Source: Desulfobacteria bacterium (GTDB taxonomy: Archaea > Halobacteriota > Syntropharchaeia > Alkanophagales > Methanospirareceae). Taken from it: DNA of 46,508 nucleotides. Of the stretch, positions 28,110-38,514 are shown in pieces. The position numbers were made by a program, and so were the translations under genes. Within the stretch, counting starts at the first letter, position 1. Every line of letters starts with the position of its first letter. The stretch spans positions 1 to 46,508 of the forward strand of contig DATKXZ010000009.1 of the NCBI GenBank assembly GCA_035528755.1. Reading direction: 5' to 3'. The notes under the pieces were generated by a model. The model was given only the letters and a program-made list of their open reading frames with translations. It did no database searches and was not told the DNA's origin.

Positions 28110-28910
28110 TTACACGATGATAATGCCGCCGTAGCCCACGACACTGGACCGATCACCGATGATGTCACCACTGGTCATGTATTTCGTCACCCGCCCTTCC
28201 GTTGCACCGAGTTTCTTCGCGGCGTGCATCATTGCAGCTATCTGATCAACGCCACATGCGGTCACGTTTCGTTCGTACACCCGCTTGTAGAACTTCGCCA
28301 CGTCCAACTCTCTTATCGCCTCGATCACGTATTCGTCCTTCGCTCTTGCTATTCCGTCAGGTTCGTAGTGCGTGAAGTCCGAGGAAGCAATAATGACCAC
28401 TTTTTTATCGATTTGCTTGATCGTGTCTGCCAGATTCTCCCCCACCTCTCTCGCAGTATCTATGTCTATTAACCCGAAACTAATAGGAACAACGCGGAAC
28501 GTTTTATCGAACAGGAACTGAAGGAACGGGATCTGAAGTTCTATGGAATGCTCGTAGCGATGCGCGGTTTCGTCCACGTCGATAATCCGTTTCGGGAGCG
28601 CATCGACGAACGCTTCGTCTACTTCCACCTCTCCCAACGGAGTCGCCCACGTTTCCCGTGAAACCGCAAGAACCGATCCGATACCCTGGTGATTCGTGCC
28701 GAGAATGACGAAGATGTCCGCTGGCGGTAACGTAGCGTAGACAGTCGCCGCTACGCCACCTGAATACATATAGCCCGCATGCGGCACGACGGCCCCGATA
28801 ATAGCCTCGTTCTCTTCTCGGGGTAAGCCGGAGAATAATTCTCGTAGCTGTTTTTCCAATTGCCCCTTCTCGCCTTCATACCAGGAACCAGCTACTACCG
28901 GTCTTCTCAT
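28110..28910 (-). CDS. MEMO1-family protein (AmmeMemoRadiSam system protein B)
   Basis: 266 aa. MRRPVVAGSWYEG......VPHAGYMYSG is the family signature. Confidence 0.85.
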   Translation of the reverse strand: MRRPVVAGSWYEGEKGQLEKQLRELFSGLPREENEAIIGAVVPHAGYMYSGGVAATVYATLPPADIFVILGTNHQGIGSVLAVSRETWATPLGEVEVDEAFVDALPKRIIDVDETAHRYEHSIELQIPFLQFLFDKTFRVVPISFGLIDIDTAREVGENLADTIKQIDKKVVIIASSDFTHYEPDGIARAKDEYVIEAIRELDVAKFYKRVYERNVTACGVDQIAAMMHAAKKLGATEGRVTKYMTSGDIIGDRSSVVGYGGIIIV

Positions 28911-28966
28911 ACTCGCCTTTTAGCTTGCTTATTTTAGCTTTTTTTAGCTTCAGCTTAGCGCATATA

Positions 28967-29590
28967 TTATATTGCGGCTTCAAAATCCTCTGCAGAATAA
29001 TCGAAGCTGAATTCGGCTTCGTTACCCGCTTTACGATGCCGCTCCCGTAACATCTCGCGAGCAAGCAGCCAGTAAACGGTGGCAAGCGCCTTTCTACCTT
29101 TGTTATTCGTGGGAATGATAAGATCGATAGTAGAGGTAGAATTGTTAGCGTCACAGAGTGCCACGATGGGGATATTGACACTCACACCCTCTTTTAAAGC
29201 CTGCTCATCGGTCATCGGGTCGGTCACAATCAGTATGGAAGGCTCGATGAAGTACGCACTGCCAGGATTCGTTAACGTCCCGGGAATGAATCGCTCGACG
29301 ATCGCCTTTGCTCCGGTAACCTTAGCGAACATGCTCACCGGGTGATGTCCGTATTCGCGTGCGGATACAACCAGAATCGAAGCCGGATCGTAATTAGCCA
29401 AGAACTTCGCCGCTGTCCGCAGTCGCTTGTCCATCACCTTTATATCCAACAGATACAAGCCGTCCGGTCTCGCTTGATAAATGAATCGCTTCATGTCGCC
29501 GGTCTTTTGCTGCGTGCCGATATGGACACCGCTCGCTAAGTATTCCGTGCCGGGTATTAACGTCTCTTCCCTCTCCTTCTCCGCTGCCAT
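28967..29590 (-). CDS. rps2: 30S ribosomal protein uS2
   Basis: 207 aa. [31 protein letters not shown] is typical of archaeal S2. Confidence 0.92.
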   Translation of the reverse strand: MAAEKEREETLIPGTEYLASGVHIGTQQKTGDMKRFIYQARPDGLYLLDIKVMDKRLRTAAKFLANYDPASILVVSAREYGHHPVSMFAKVTGAKAIVERFIPGTLTNPGSAYFIEPSILIVTDPMTDEQALKEGVSVNIPIVALCDANNSTSTIDLIIPTNNKGRKALATVYWLLAREMLRERHRKAGNEAEFSFDYSAEDFEAAI

Positions 29591-29636
29591 AGTGGTCTTT
29601 ACCTCTCTGTATTATTATTCTCGGACAAATATATAA

Positions 29637-31673
<2,037 letters not shown>

Positions 31674-31946
31674 GTGACCCAGCTTCTGCATGCTGGACTT
31701 AGTATCCACGAAGGCACCTTTTGATAAAGTCTAAATATTTCAGAAAGTAATCACTGAGGTCGCCTTCTTCGGCGAAGCCTTTCTTCGGTTTGAAACTATC
31801 AATGCTGGGGTTGGGACTTAAAGTAAAAGTTTAAGGTAAGGCTTGACCAAGCTTACTTCTTTGCCGTTGCTTTAGCCCGCTCCTTCAGCCTTCAAACGAG
31901 GTAAGAGGTCATGATAATAATGGACCGCGGGTTATCAATAGATATG

Positions 31947-31953
31947 TTTATAT
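31947..31953 (+). promoter_or_regulatory. Putative TATA box (tttatat) about 28 nt upstream of the ATG at 31978, implying a leaderless transcript
   Basis: Read directly from the sequence. The spacing fits archaeal TATA-to-TSS distances. Confidence 0.35.
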
Positions 31954-31977
31954 GTAACGTCGATACGACATTAAACC

Positions 31978-32463
31978 ATGACAAGTACATGGACAATGAC
32001 AAAGAAGCTCAAGAGAAATTTTGGCATCTCTGAAGAAGTAGCCAATGCCAAGTTAGCCTTAGATTTACTTAGATACACTGCCAAAGATCGTGGATTAGCA
32101 GAGCTGGGATATGAGCCTAATGAACTAAAAGGGCATTTGTCACGCGGAAGGGATCTTCTGATCATCCTTAAAGAAACTCTGGAGATGATTAGTGATAAAA
32201 AAACAGGGGAACTTGACGATGCTGTTGCTGATTTAGTTTATTCTCTTAAGAATTTGCGTGAGACTACAAATAAAATGTTATTAGAAAATCTTGAAGAGGG
32301 CATTGCGGAGTTGGATAGTCTGGGTGAGGATTTTTCTAATATTAATAATATTACCGTAAGTTACGATTTATTTTTGTACCTTAACTCTGCAGTTTCACAA
32401 CTTACATTCGTCACGTCTGACAGACTCAGGAGGAATTTAGGTGCGTGGACTGCACGAACTTAG
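31978..32463 (+). CDS. Hypothetical all-helical protein (161 aa), first gene of a two-gene unit
   Basis: The ORF lies in the AT-rich island. The sequence looks helix-rich by eye (LALDLLRY, LIILKETLEMI, LVYSLKNLRETTNKMLLENLEEGIAELD). It overlaps the next ORF by 23 nt. Confidence 0.6.
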   Translation: MTSTWTMTKKLKRNFGISEEVANAKLALDLLRYTAKDRGLAELGYEPNELKGHLSRGRDLLIILKETLEMISDKKTGELDDAVADLVYSLKNLRETTNKMLLENLEEGIAELDSLGEDFSNINNITVSYDLFLYLNSAVSQLTFVTSDRLRRNLGAWTART

Positions 32464-33571
32464 AAAGGACATTCTCCTCAAGAAGTTCAATCATGTAAAA
32501 GGAGAAATTGGCCAAATCAAATCGCAGGAAAGGCAATTTTTTTCTTCTATTTTAAGTGAGATTGAAAAACGATTTGGAGAGCTGCCAAGATTGGAAAACC
32601 TGTTTTTAAAAACTGGGAATAAAGAATTCTACAAATCGTATTTGTCGAAATTGGATGATATAGAGGTTCTAATAGACCAATATCTAGAAATGAATTGGTA
32701 CTTGTATGAGACATACAAATATCAGCATGAAGATCCAAAACTTAAAAAGGAACTCCACTTAATTGAAAGTTTTGTAGAGAAGATTTTAACTTCTACTGGA
32801 GCTAAAAACGATCTATTGGTGATTCTAGGAAGTGTTCTTTCTGTAATGGATAGTATTGGTATGGAGGAACATGAATTTGGCCGTTTTTTCTTCATTCCCT
32901 TTTTTGAAAGGGAAAATTATCTTTTGTGGCCTCTCTTTCCTCACGAGTTAGGTCACGCTTTTTACGACCAAAAAAGACCAATCTTTGAACATTTCTATGA
33001 AGAGATGAGCAAAGTTGTTAAGAGGGATTTCATAAAAACTCCTGGTGAGGAATCGGAAAGGAAGCGAGAGGAACAACTCAGAAGGTTCAAAACTACGTGG
33101 CATGATTGGATGTTGGAGATATTTGCGGATATTTACGGTGTTCTAACTTTGGGCCCTGCTTTCCTTTTTTCATACTTACATCAAAACCTCTGTGCCAACC
33201 CCTATAGGTTACTCGAAAATGAAATGGGTAGATATGAACATCCCCCACACATAATTAGAACAAAAATTCATTTTAGTGTTCTAAAGGGGATTATTCAAAA
33301 CGAGATTATCATGGAAGTAGTTGAAGATTTGGAGAGAAAGTATGATCTATACGAACAAAATGTTGCAGAACCGGAAAGCACATTATATCAAATGTTAGTC
33401 TGTGATGATTTAATAAATGCAAGCATTAAGGAATGCGAAAATATTCCTCGCATATATGTTGATAAAGAGGAAAAAATAGCTTCTGAGTTAGATAGCCCAA
33501 AATCAACGTTAAATGAGGATCCAATTACAGCTTTGAACGTTATATGGCTCAAGAAACTTACGGAGGCTTGA
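32441..33571 (+). CDS. Hypothetical HExxH...ExxAD zinc-metalloprotease-like protein (376 aa)
   Basis: The GTG start is preceded by aggagg at 32428-32433. HELGH is at ~32942-32956 and EIFAD at ~33116-33130, giving a gluzincin-like arrangement as in M48/ImmA-type peptidases. The N-terminal ~150 aa look helical. Confidence 0.65.
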   Translation: MRGLHELRKDILLKKFNHVKGEIGQIKSQERQFFSSILSEIEKRFGELPRLENLFLKTGNKEFYKSYLSKLDDIEVLIDQYLEMNWYLYETYKYQHEDPKLKKELHLIESFVEKILTSTGAKNDLLVILGSVLSVMDSIGMEEHEFGRFFFIPFFERENYLLWPLFPHELGHAFYDQKRPIFEHFYEEMSKVVKRDFIKTPGEESERKREEQLRRFKTTWHDWMLEIFADIYGVLTLGPAFLFSYLHQNLCANPYRLLENEMGRYEHPPHIIRTKIHFSVLKGIIQNEIIMEVVEDLERKYDLYEQNVAEPESTLYQMLVCDDLINASIKECENIPRIYVDKEEKIASELDSPKSTLNEDPITALNVIWLKKLTEA

Positions 33572-33577
33572 GTCTAC

Positions 33578-35773
33578 CTACCAGGGGATATAATCTAGTG
33601 AAAAGCCTCGTTCAGCAAAAGGGATTACATCTTCTGCTATTTTAATTGTTACTGGCATTTTCATGCCTCTGAGTGGAGAGCCCCAATTAAGTTCAGAAAG
33701 ATAGAGAACATCTCTACAAACTTCTTTTATGTCAAAAGTTCCCTCAAAACTGACAACCTTGGTAAGCAGGGGATTTGCAGTTCCTTGTGTGAGTGAGGGG
33801 GCACCAGTAGTTGCTAAGATTGCATCGCTATTGCTCAATAGGGTAACCGACCCTATCCCACACATTTGTGCAGTTTCATTGTCACCCTCATAAATCCGAA
33901 AGGGGTTGAGTTTTCGGAGTTCAACGCCATAGCAATTAATTACTTCGGGAAGTAACCCTTCTTTTTTCAATCTGGAGATGGCATCGCTTATGCCGTTCTT
34001 CTCACTTTTTCTAATTTCGCCATCCCTGTGAATAACTATAGACTTAATCCTCGCCGATTCGTCTTTGTATTTTCTAATTGAATCAAAAATAGCATCGGAA
34101 ACAATTTCAACCATCGTGTCTTCACTGATGGCTTCCCCCCGTTGTGGAATTGTTTTCCCGATCTCCATGTAAGTTCCGCTTTTATCGATTATGTAGCAGT
34201 TCCCCATCACGTGGGACCTATCACCACCAACATCAAGACCTATATAACAATCGGCTGATAATTGCGTTTGTAGAACCCAGGGTTTAAATCCCATTTTAGC
34301 AGCAAATCCTACTGCAGTTACAAAAATCATATTTTTATACTTTCTCAAAACCTCTCCCCTTGTTTTGAGGGAAGAAGAACGATAACACTGAAGAGGAATG
34401 TTTTTCAAAACCTTCTTAAGATAAAAATAGCTGCCGTCTTCCCAGCGATGCAATGCTAATGCACCGCTTAATTTTTGACTATAGTCAGATAACCAAGTCT
34501 CTATTTCTCCCCGGTCTTCATAGCTCATAATTTGGATCCTTTCTGGTAGAGAATACTTTAGATACTTATTAAATGCGTGTTTAATGTCACCGTAAAATTG
34601 TATGGCATCCGCTCTAGAAACAATTCCCGAGTGAAATAAAACAAATGTGTCCAGAAACCTAGGTATAGAGTATGGACCAAAGTCTTTTAGAAGATTTTTT
34701 TTCTTAAAGTCCCAATTTCTTAGATCCTCATCATTAGCCTCTAAAAAAGCCTTATTTCCAAACTCTAATGTTGGCAGCGTTAAAGTATCGAATTGAAATT
34801 TTCCTTCAGATTTACCATCAAGATCAACGTTTATGTCATACTCGCCCAGTTTAATTGGAGTGAAAAAGTTGAGTAATTGTTTCGTTAATTCCCAACGTCT
34901 TTCAGGGTCAAGGAAAATGTAGTCCTTTTGGATTGAATTAGGGATATCCTCTGTGCCCACAGTAGACTTCAGGAGTGATGAGGCTTCCCGATATGGTTCT
35001 CTTTGTTTGTCGTAATATTTTATTAAAATTACATTCTCATTCGGATTGATTAATTCAGCAATATCCGGTCTTTTTCTAATATCCCTATGATATTCTAAAA
35101 CACTTGTAAGCCTCCCTTTATAAAGGAAAGATTTCTCAGACGCTTTTTTAGAGGATACGGCATGGAATCGGCATCCCCTTTTTGTATCAGGAAAACATTC
35201 GACTAATTTATGTCCTGTTAATTCCGAAGTAAGCTTAGTTATCCCGATTTCGTCCATCTTCTGTTTCAAAGTTTGCGATTCCAAAGTTTTCGTTGTTGGG
35301 TCTAAAGTCAGCATAAAACCTTTGTAGAAATCAATTCGAAAAACTACCCCTTGATAAAGTTCAAACTCGCCTCGTTCTACCGTTGGATTACGCATGTAGT
35401 AAGTGTTGTATTTTCCCCAAAATTTATGCTTGGTTTCAAGCTTATTTCTAATACCAGAATATAAGAGATCTCTAAAGGCTTCTCGATCCGTTTTTTTTGA
35501 GAAATCTAATGTATATTCTTTGAGAAATTTGAGTTCATATACGTTGTCTACGTAAAATGGAGCTTTATCTTCATAATTTCCCAGCAAAAGAACGCAAGGT
35601 TTCCCTTCATAGAAATAATCTGTTGCATATGATCTTAAATAATTGCCAAAAGATCTCGCACAGTACTTAAGTTTCCAAAAAATTTCATTGCTTTGTGGTA
35701 GCCCATCAACACTGTACAAACTACATGAGATCTCTTGTTCGACGCCACTAATATCAAAAGAGTTCAAGAACAT
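33578..35773 (-). CDS. Long prokaryotic Argonaute (N-PAZ-MID-PIWI)
   Basis: The track ORF is 747 aa from a GTG at 35821. The ATG at 35773 (MFLNSFDISG, preceded by ggtgat) gives 731 aa. MID 5'-end pocket candidates are YLKK...PLQC...AAKMG (Y-K-Q-K). PIWI motifs are YIGLDVGGD, QRGEAI, IVIHRDGE and a C-terminal PVTIKIAEDV. Confidence 0.85.
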   Translation of the reverse strand: MFLNSFDISGVEQEISCSLYSVDGLPQSNEIFWKLKYCARSFGNYLRSYATDYFYEGKPCVLLLGNYEDKAPFYVDNVYELKFLKEYTLDFSKKTDREAFRDLLYSGIRNKLETKHKFWGKYNTYYMRNPTVERGEFELYQGVVFRIDFYKGFMLTLDPTTKTLESQTLKQKMDEIGITKLTSELTGHKLVECFPDTKRGCRFHAVSSKKASEKSFLYKGRLTSVLEYHRDIRKRPDIAELINPNENVILIKYYDKQREPYREASSLLKSTVGTEDIPNSIQKDYIFLDPERRWELTKQLLNFFTPIKLGEYDINVDLDGKSEGKFQFDTLTLPTLEFGNKAFLEANDEDLRNWDFKKKNLLKDFGPYSIPRFLDTFVLFHSGIVSRADAIQFYGDIKHAFNKYLKYSLPERIQIMSYEDRGEIETWLSDYSQKLSGALALHRWEDGSYFYLKKVLKNIPLQCYRSSSLKTRGEVLRKYKNMIFVTAVGFAAKMGFKPWVLQTQLSADCYIGLDVGGDRSHVMGNCYIIDKSGTYMEIGKTIPQRGEAISEDTMVEIVSDAIFDSIRKYKDESARIKSIVIHRDGEIRKSEKNGISDAISRLKKEGLLPEVINCYGVELRKLNPFRIYEGDNETAQMCGIGSVTLLSNSDAILATTGAPSLTQGTANPLLTKVVSFEGTFDIKEVCRDVLYLSELNWGSPLRGMKMPVTIKIAEDVIPFAERGFSLDYIPW

Positions 35774-35798
35774 ATCATCACCAGAGTTTATTCTTACT

Positions 35799-36368
35799 TT
35801 ACAGCACCTCTTTTTCTTCACATTCTATATTACACCATTCACAACTAGCACCAACAAATGCAGATGGCGGTGAATCACTCATTAAAATATTGGTGTATTC
35901 TCCAATTTCTGATGGCAGATCGTCATATATGTCACTTAAACTGTAGCTAATATTTGCATCTTCATAGTGTATCACCCCTCTCAGTGGGTTCTCTTCGAAT
36001 AGATCTAATTTATCAACCATATACAAATATATCATCATTTGTACATGATGACTGGCACTTTGCCTACCACCTTTGCAATCGTAAATTACAACTTCGTCAT
36101 CTGCAATGTGTAATAAATCTACTCTACCGACTAATGTCCCTCCAGAAACATCCAATTTTACATATTCTTCCTTTTTAATTCTTCCGCCTCTTTTTTCCAG
36201 TCCATTACTCAGATCCTTCAGCATTTTAGTGTGGTTGATCTTCCACTGAACCAAACTCTTACTTAGTTGTGCTGTAGCTTCTTTGTGCCTCATTTTATAC
36301 CAAATCTTAAAGAGGCAAGCCTCATCTCCTGAAATCAGCCTACTCAAATCTGATACGGCAACGTTCAT
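35799..36368 (-). CDS. Cas4-like / RecB-family PD-(D/E)xK nuclease with 4-Cys Fe-S motif
   Basis: 189 aa. GRVDLL (motif II D), VVIYDCKGG (D-x-K) and HHVQMMIYLY (QxxxY) are present. There is one N-terminal Cys (DEACLF) and the C-terminal CEWCNIEC. It ends 25 nt before the pAgo ATG on the same strand. Confidence 0.75.
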   Translation of the reverse strand: MNVAVSDLSRLISGDEACLFKIWYKMRHKEATAQLSKSLVQWKINHTKMLKDLSNGLEKRGGRIKKEEYVKLDVSGGTLVGRVDLLHIADDEVVIYDCKGGRQSASHHVQMMIYLYMVDKLDLFEENPLRGVIHYEDANISYSLSDIYDDLPSEIGEYTNILMSDSPPSAFVGASCEWCNIECEEKEVL

Positions 36369-36418
36369 TTTATCGTCAAAAAGAGATAAGGGAAATACAT
36401 TAATATTAAGTTAAGCCA

Positions 36419-36676
36419 TCAATGATTTTTATAGGGTAAATTACTCCGTAAACACGGGCAGACTTTTATAAGGGGCTCCCTCTGTTTTTGAGAATAATTG
36501 GATGTGGGGCAATTTATCTCTAAATCCTCACGGATTTCCCGATTAAAGTTTTTATCGGTTGGATGTGCATGTAAAATAACCACACTTTCAAAAAACCCTA
36601 ACGCCAGTTGCAATGAGTCAAATCCCGAGGAAACGGTAATTATTCTCCTCTTTTTATTTCCCAATACCGAATTCAA
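36419..36676 (-). pseudogene. Start-less or degenerate reading frame upstream of the nuclease-pAgo pair
   Basis: The track shows 85 aa from a TTG. By my translation the frame stays open upstream to ~36740 (LQEYLNYQKPLFLPSNGTLLQKPDSVQEALNSV...) with no ATG. VVILHAHPTDKNF...EINCPTS faintly resembles the C-terminus of small metallophosphoesterases (GHTH...NPGS), but key residues differ. Confidence 0.3.
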
Positions 36677-36783
36677 CGCTTCTTGTACGCTATCAGGCTT
36701 CTGTAGAAGCGTACCATTCGAGGGAAGAAATAGTGGCTTCTGATAATTTAAATATTCCTGGAGTTAGTTAGCAATAGTAAGAG

Positions 36784-38514
36784 ATGCACAACCTCGATAT
36801 AGCACGAATTTTTAACGAGATTGCGGATATTCTGGAAGTGAAAGGCGAGAACGCCTTTAAGATACGCGCGTACCGAAAGGCCGCACTGACGATCGAAACA
36901 CTCATCCAGGACTTAACGGTGATCGCCGAGCGCGGCGGCGTGAAAGAGCTGAAGCAGATCCCGGGTATTGGCGAAGGTATTGCGAAGAAGATCGTCGAAA
37001 TCGCAGAGACCGGCGATTGCAAGAAGCACCGCGAATTGAAACAGGAAATGCCGTCGGAGTTGCTCGAGCTCTTAGCCATACCGCGTGTCGGCCCCAAGAC
37101 GATCGCGAAGGTGCATCAGGAGCTTGGTATAACGAATATAGAGGAATTGGAGCAGGCTGCGAAATCGCATCAGTTAGCTGGCATTCCGGGATTCGGCGCC
37201 AAGGTGGAGGAGAACATTGTGAAGGGTATAGCGCAATACCGGGGTTATCAAGGCCGTGCATTGCTGTCCGTCGCGCTTCCCTACGCCGAATCGATCGTTA
37301 ACGAACTGAAGAAGTTGGATGCCGTGGAGCAGCTAATAATAGCAGGCAGTTTGCGACGAATGCGTGAGACGATCGGCGACATCGACATACTGGTCGTCTC
37401 GAAACGGCCTAACGAGGTGATGGATGCATTTACAAGCCTTGACGGTGTGGAGGACGTGATCGCAAAGGGCACAACGAAATCCTCGATTATCATCAACGGT
37501 ATAAACGCGGACGTGCGTGTGGTGGAGGCGGTTTCCTTCGGCGCGGCGGCACATTATTTCACCGGTTCCAAGCACCATAACGTACGAATACGGGAGTTAG
37601 GCGTGAAGAAGGGGCTGAAGATAAACGAATACGGCGTTTTCCGCGGTGAGGAACGGATTGGCGGTGAGCATGAGGAGGACGTGTTCGCGAGTGTTGGGCT
37701 CTCGTACATTCCTCCTGAGCTGCGGGAAGATCGAGGAGAGGTAGAAGCAGCGAAGGAGAACAGAATACCGATGTTGATCGAGCTCAGCGATCTCAAGGGC
37801 GACTTGCACGTGCATACCAACTGGAGTGACGGGCGGGACAGTATAGAGGGGATGGCGGAAGCTGCGCTCGCGTTAGGCTACGAGTATATCGCCGTGGCTG
37901 ACCATTCCCCTGCAGTGGGCGTCGCAGGCGGCTTGAACGAGGAGAAAATACCGAAGCGGCTGGAAGAAATAGAACGGGTGAACACGCGATTTGAAGAAGA
38001 AGGAGTTAAATTCAGGGTGCTCAATGCAGTCGAGGTGGATATAAAGTCAGATTTCTCCATGGATTTCTCTGATGAGATATTAAAAGCTCTGGACGTAGTC
38101 GTGGGTGCTGTCCACTCAAAATTTTCGCAAGACCGCCCGGCGATGACGAAGCGGATCGTCACCGCAATGGAGAACCCGCACGTAGATATCATTGCGCACC
38201 CTACCGGTAGGCTGTTAGGCAAACGGGACCCGTACCAAGTGGATATGGAGCAGCTTATGGCGGCTGCAAAGGACACGGGGACCACGCTGGAACTGAACTC
38301 GTTCCCGACACGGCTTGACCTCAACGATCTCCACTGCAAGATGGCGAAAGAATACGGCGTTTTAGTCGCTATCTCCACGGATGCGCATGCGACCACGCAG
38401 ATGCGGGATGTGCGGATGTATGGCGTAGCAACCGCTCGGCGCGGCTGGCTCGAACCAAAGGACGTGCTCAATACGAGAAGCTTGAAAGAACTAATAAAGT
38501 GTGTGAAGCATTAA
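36784..38514 (+). CDS. polX: Family X DNA polymerase with C-terminal PHP domain (PolX)
   Basis: 576 aa. The N-terminus IARIFNEIADILEVKGENAFKIRAYRKAA has HhH motifs. GSLRRMRETIGDIDILV carries the catalytic aspartates. PHP motifs are DLHVHTNWSDG and DAH. Confidence 0.92.
   Translation: MHNLDIARIFNEIADILEVKGENAFKIRAYRKAALTIETLIQDLTVIAERGGVKELKQIPGIGEGIAKKIVEIAETGDCKKHRELKQEMPSELLELLAIPRVGPKTIAKVHQELGITNIEELEQAAKSHQLAGIPGFGAKVEENIVKGIAQYRGYQGRALLSVALPYAESIVNELKKLDAVEQLIIAGSLRRMRETIGDIDILVVSKRPNEVMDAFTSLDGVEDVIAKGTTKSSIIINGINADVRVVEAVSFGAAAHYFTGSKHHNVRIRELGVKKGLKINEYGVFRGEERIGGEHEEDVFASVGLSYIPPELREDRGEVEAAKENRIPMLIELSDLKGDLHVHTNWSDGRDSIEGMAEAALALGYEYIAVADHSPAVGVAGGLNEEKIPKRLEEIERVNTRFEEEGVKFRVLNAVEVDIKSDFSMDFSDEILKALDVVVGAVHSKFSQDRPAMTKRIVTAMENPHVDIIAHPTGRLLGKRDPYQVDMEQLMAAAKDTGTTLELNSFPTRLDLNDLHCKMAKEYGVLVAISTDAHATTQMRDVRMYGVATARRGWLEPKDVLNTRSLKELIKCVKH

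Noticed and set aside
36498-36743. An 81-aa plus-strand ORF in the spacer between the Cas4-like gene and polX.
   Set aside because: Its translation is Cys/Ser/Phe-rich and not protein-like. The opposite-strand frame is longer and slightly more plausible, but it is itself doubtful.
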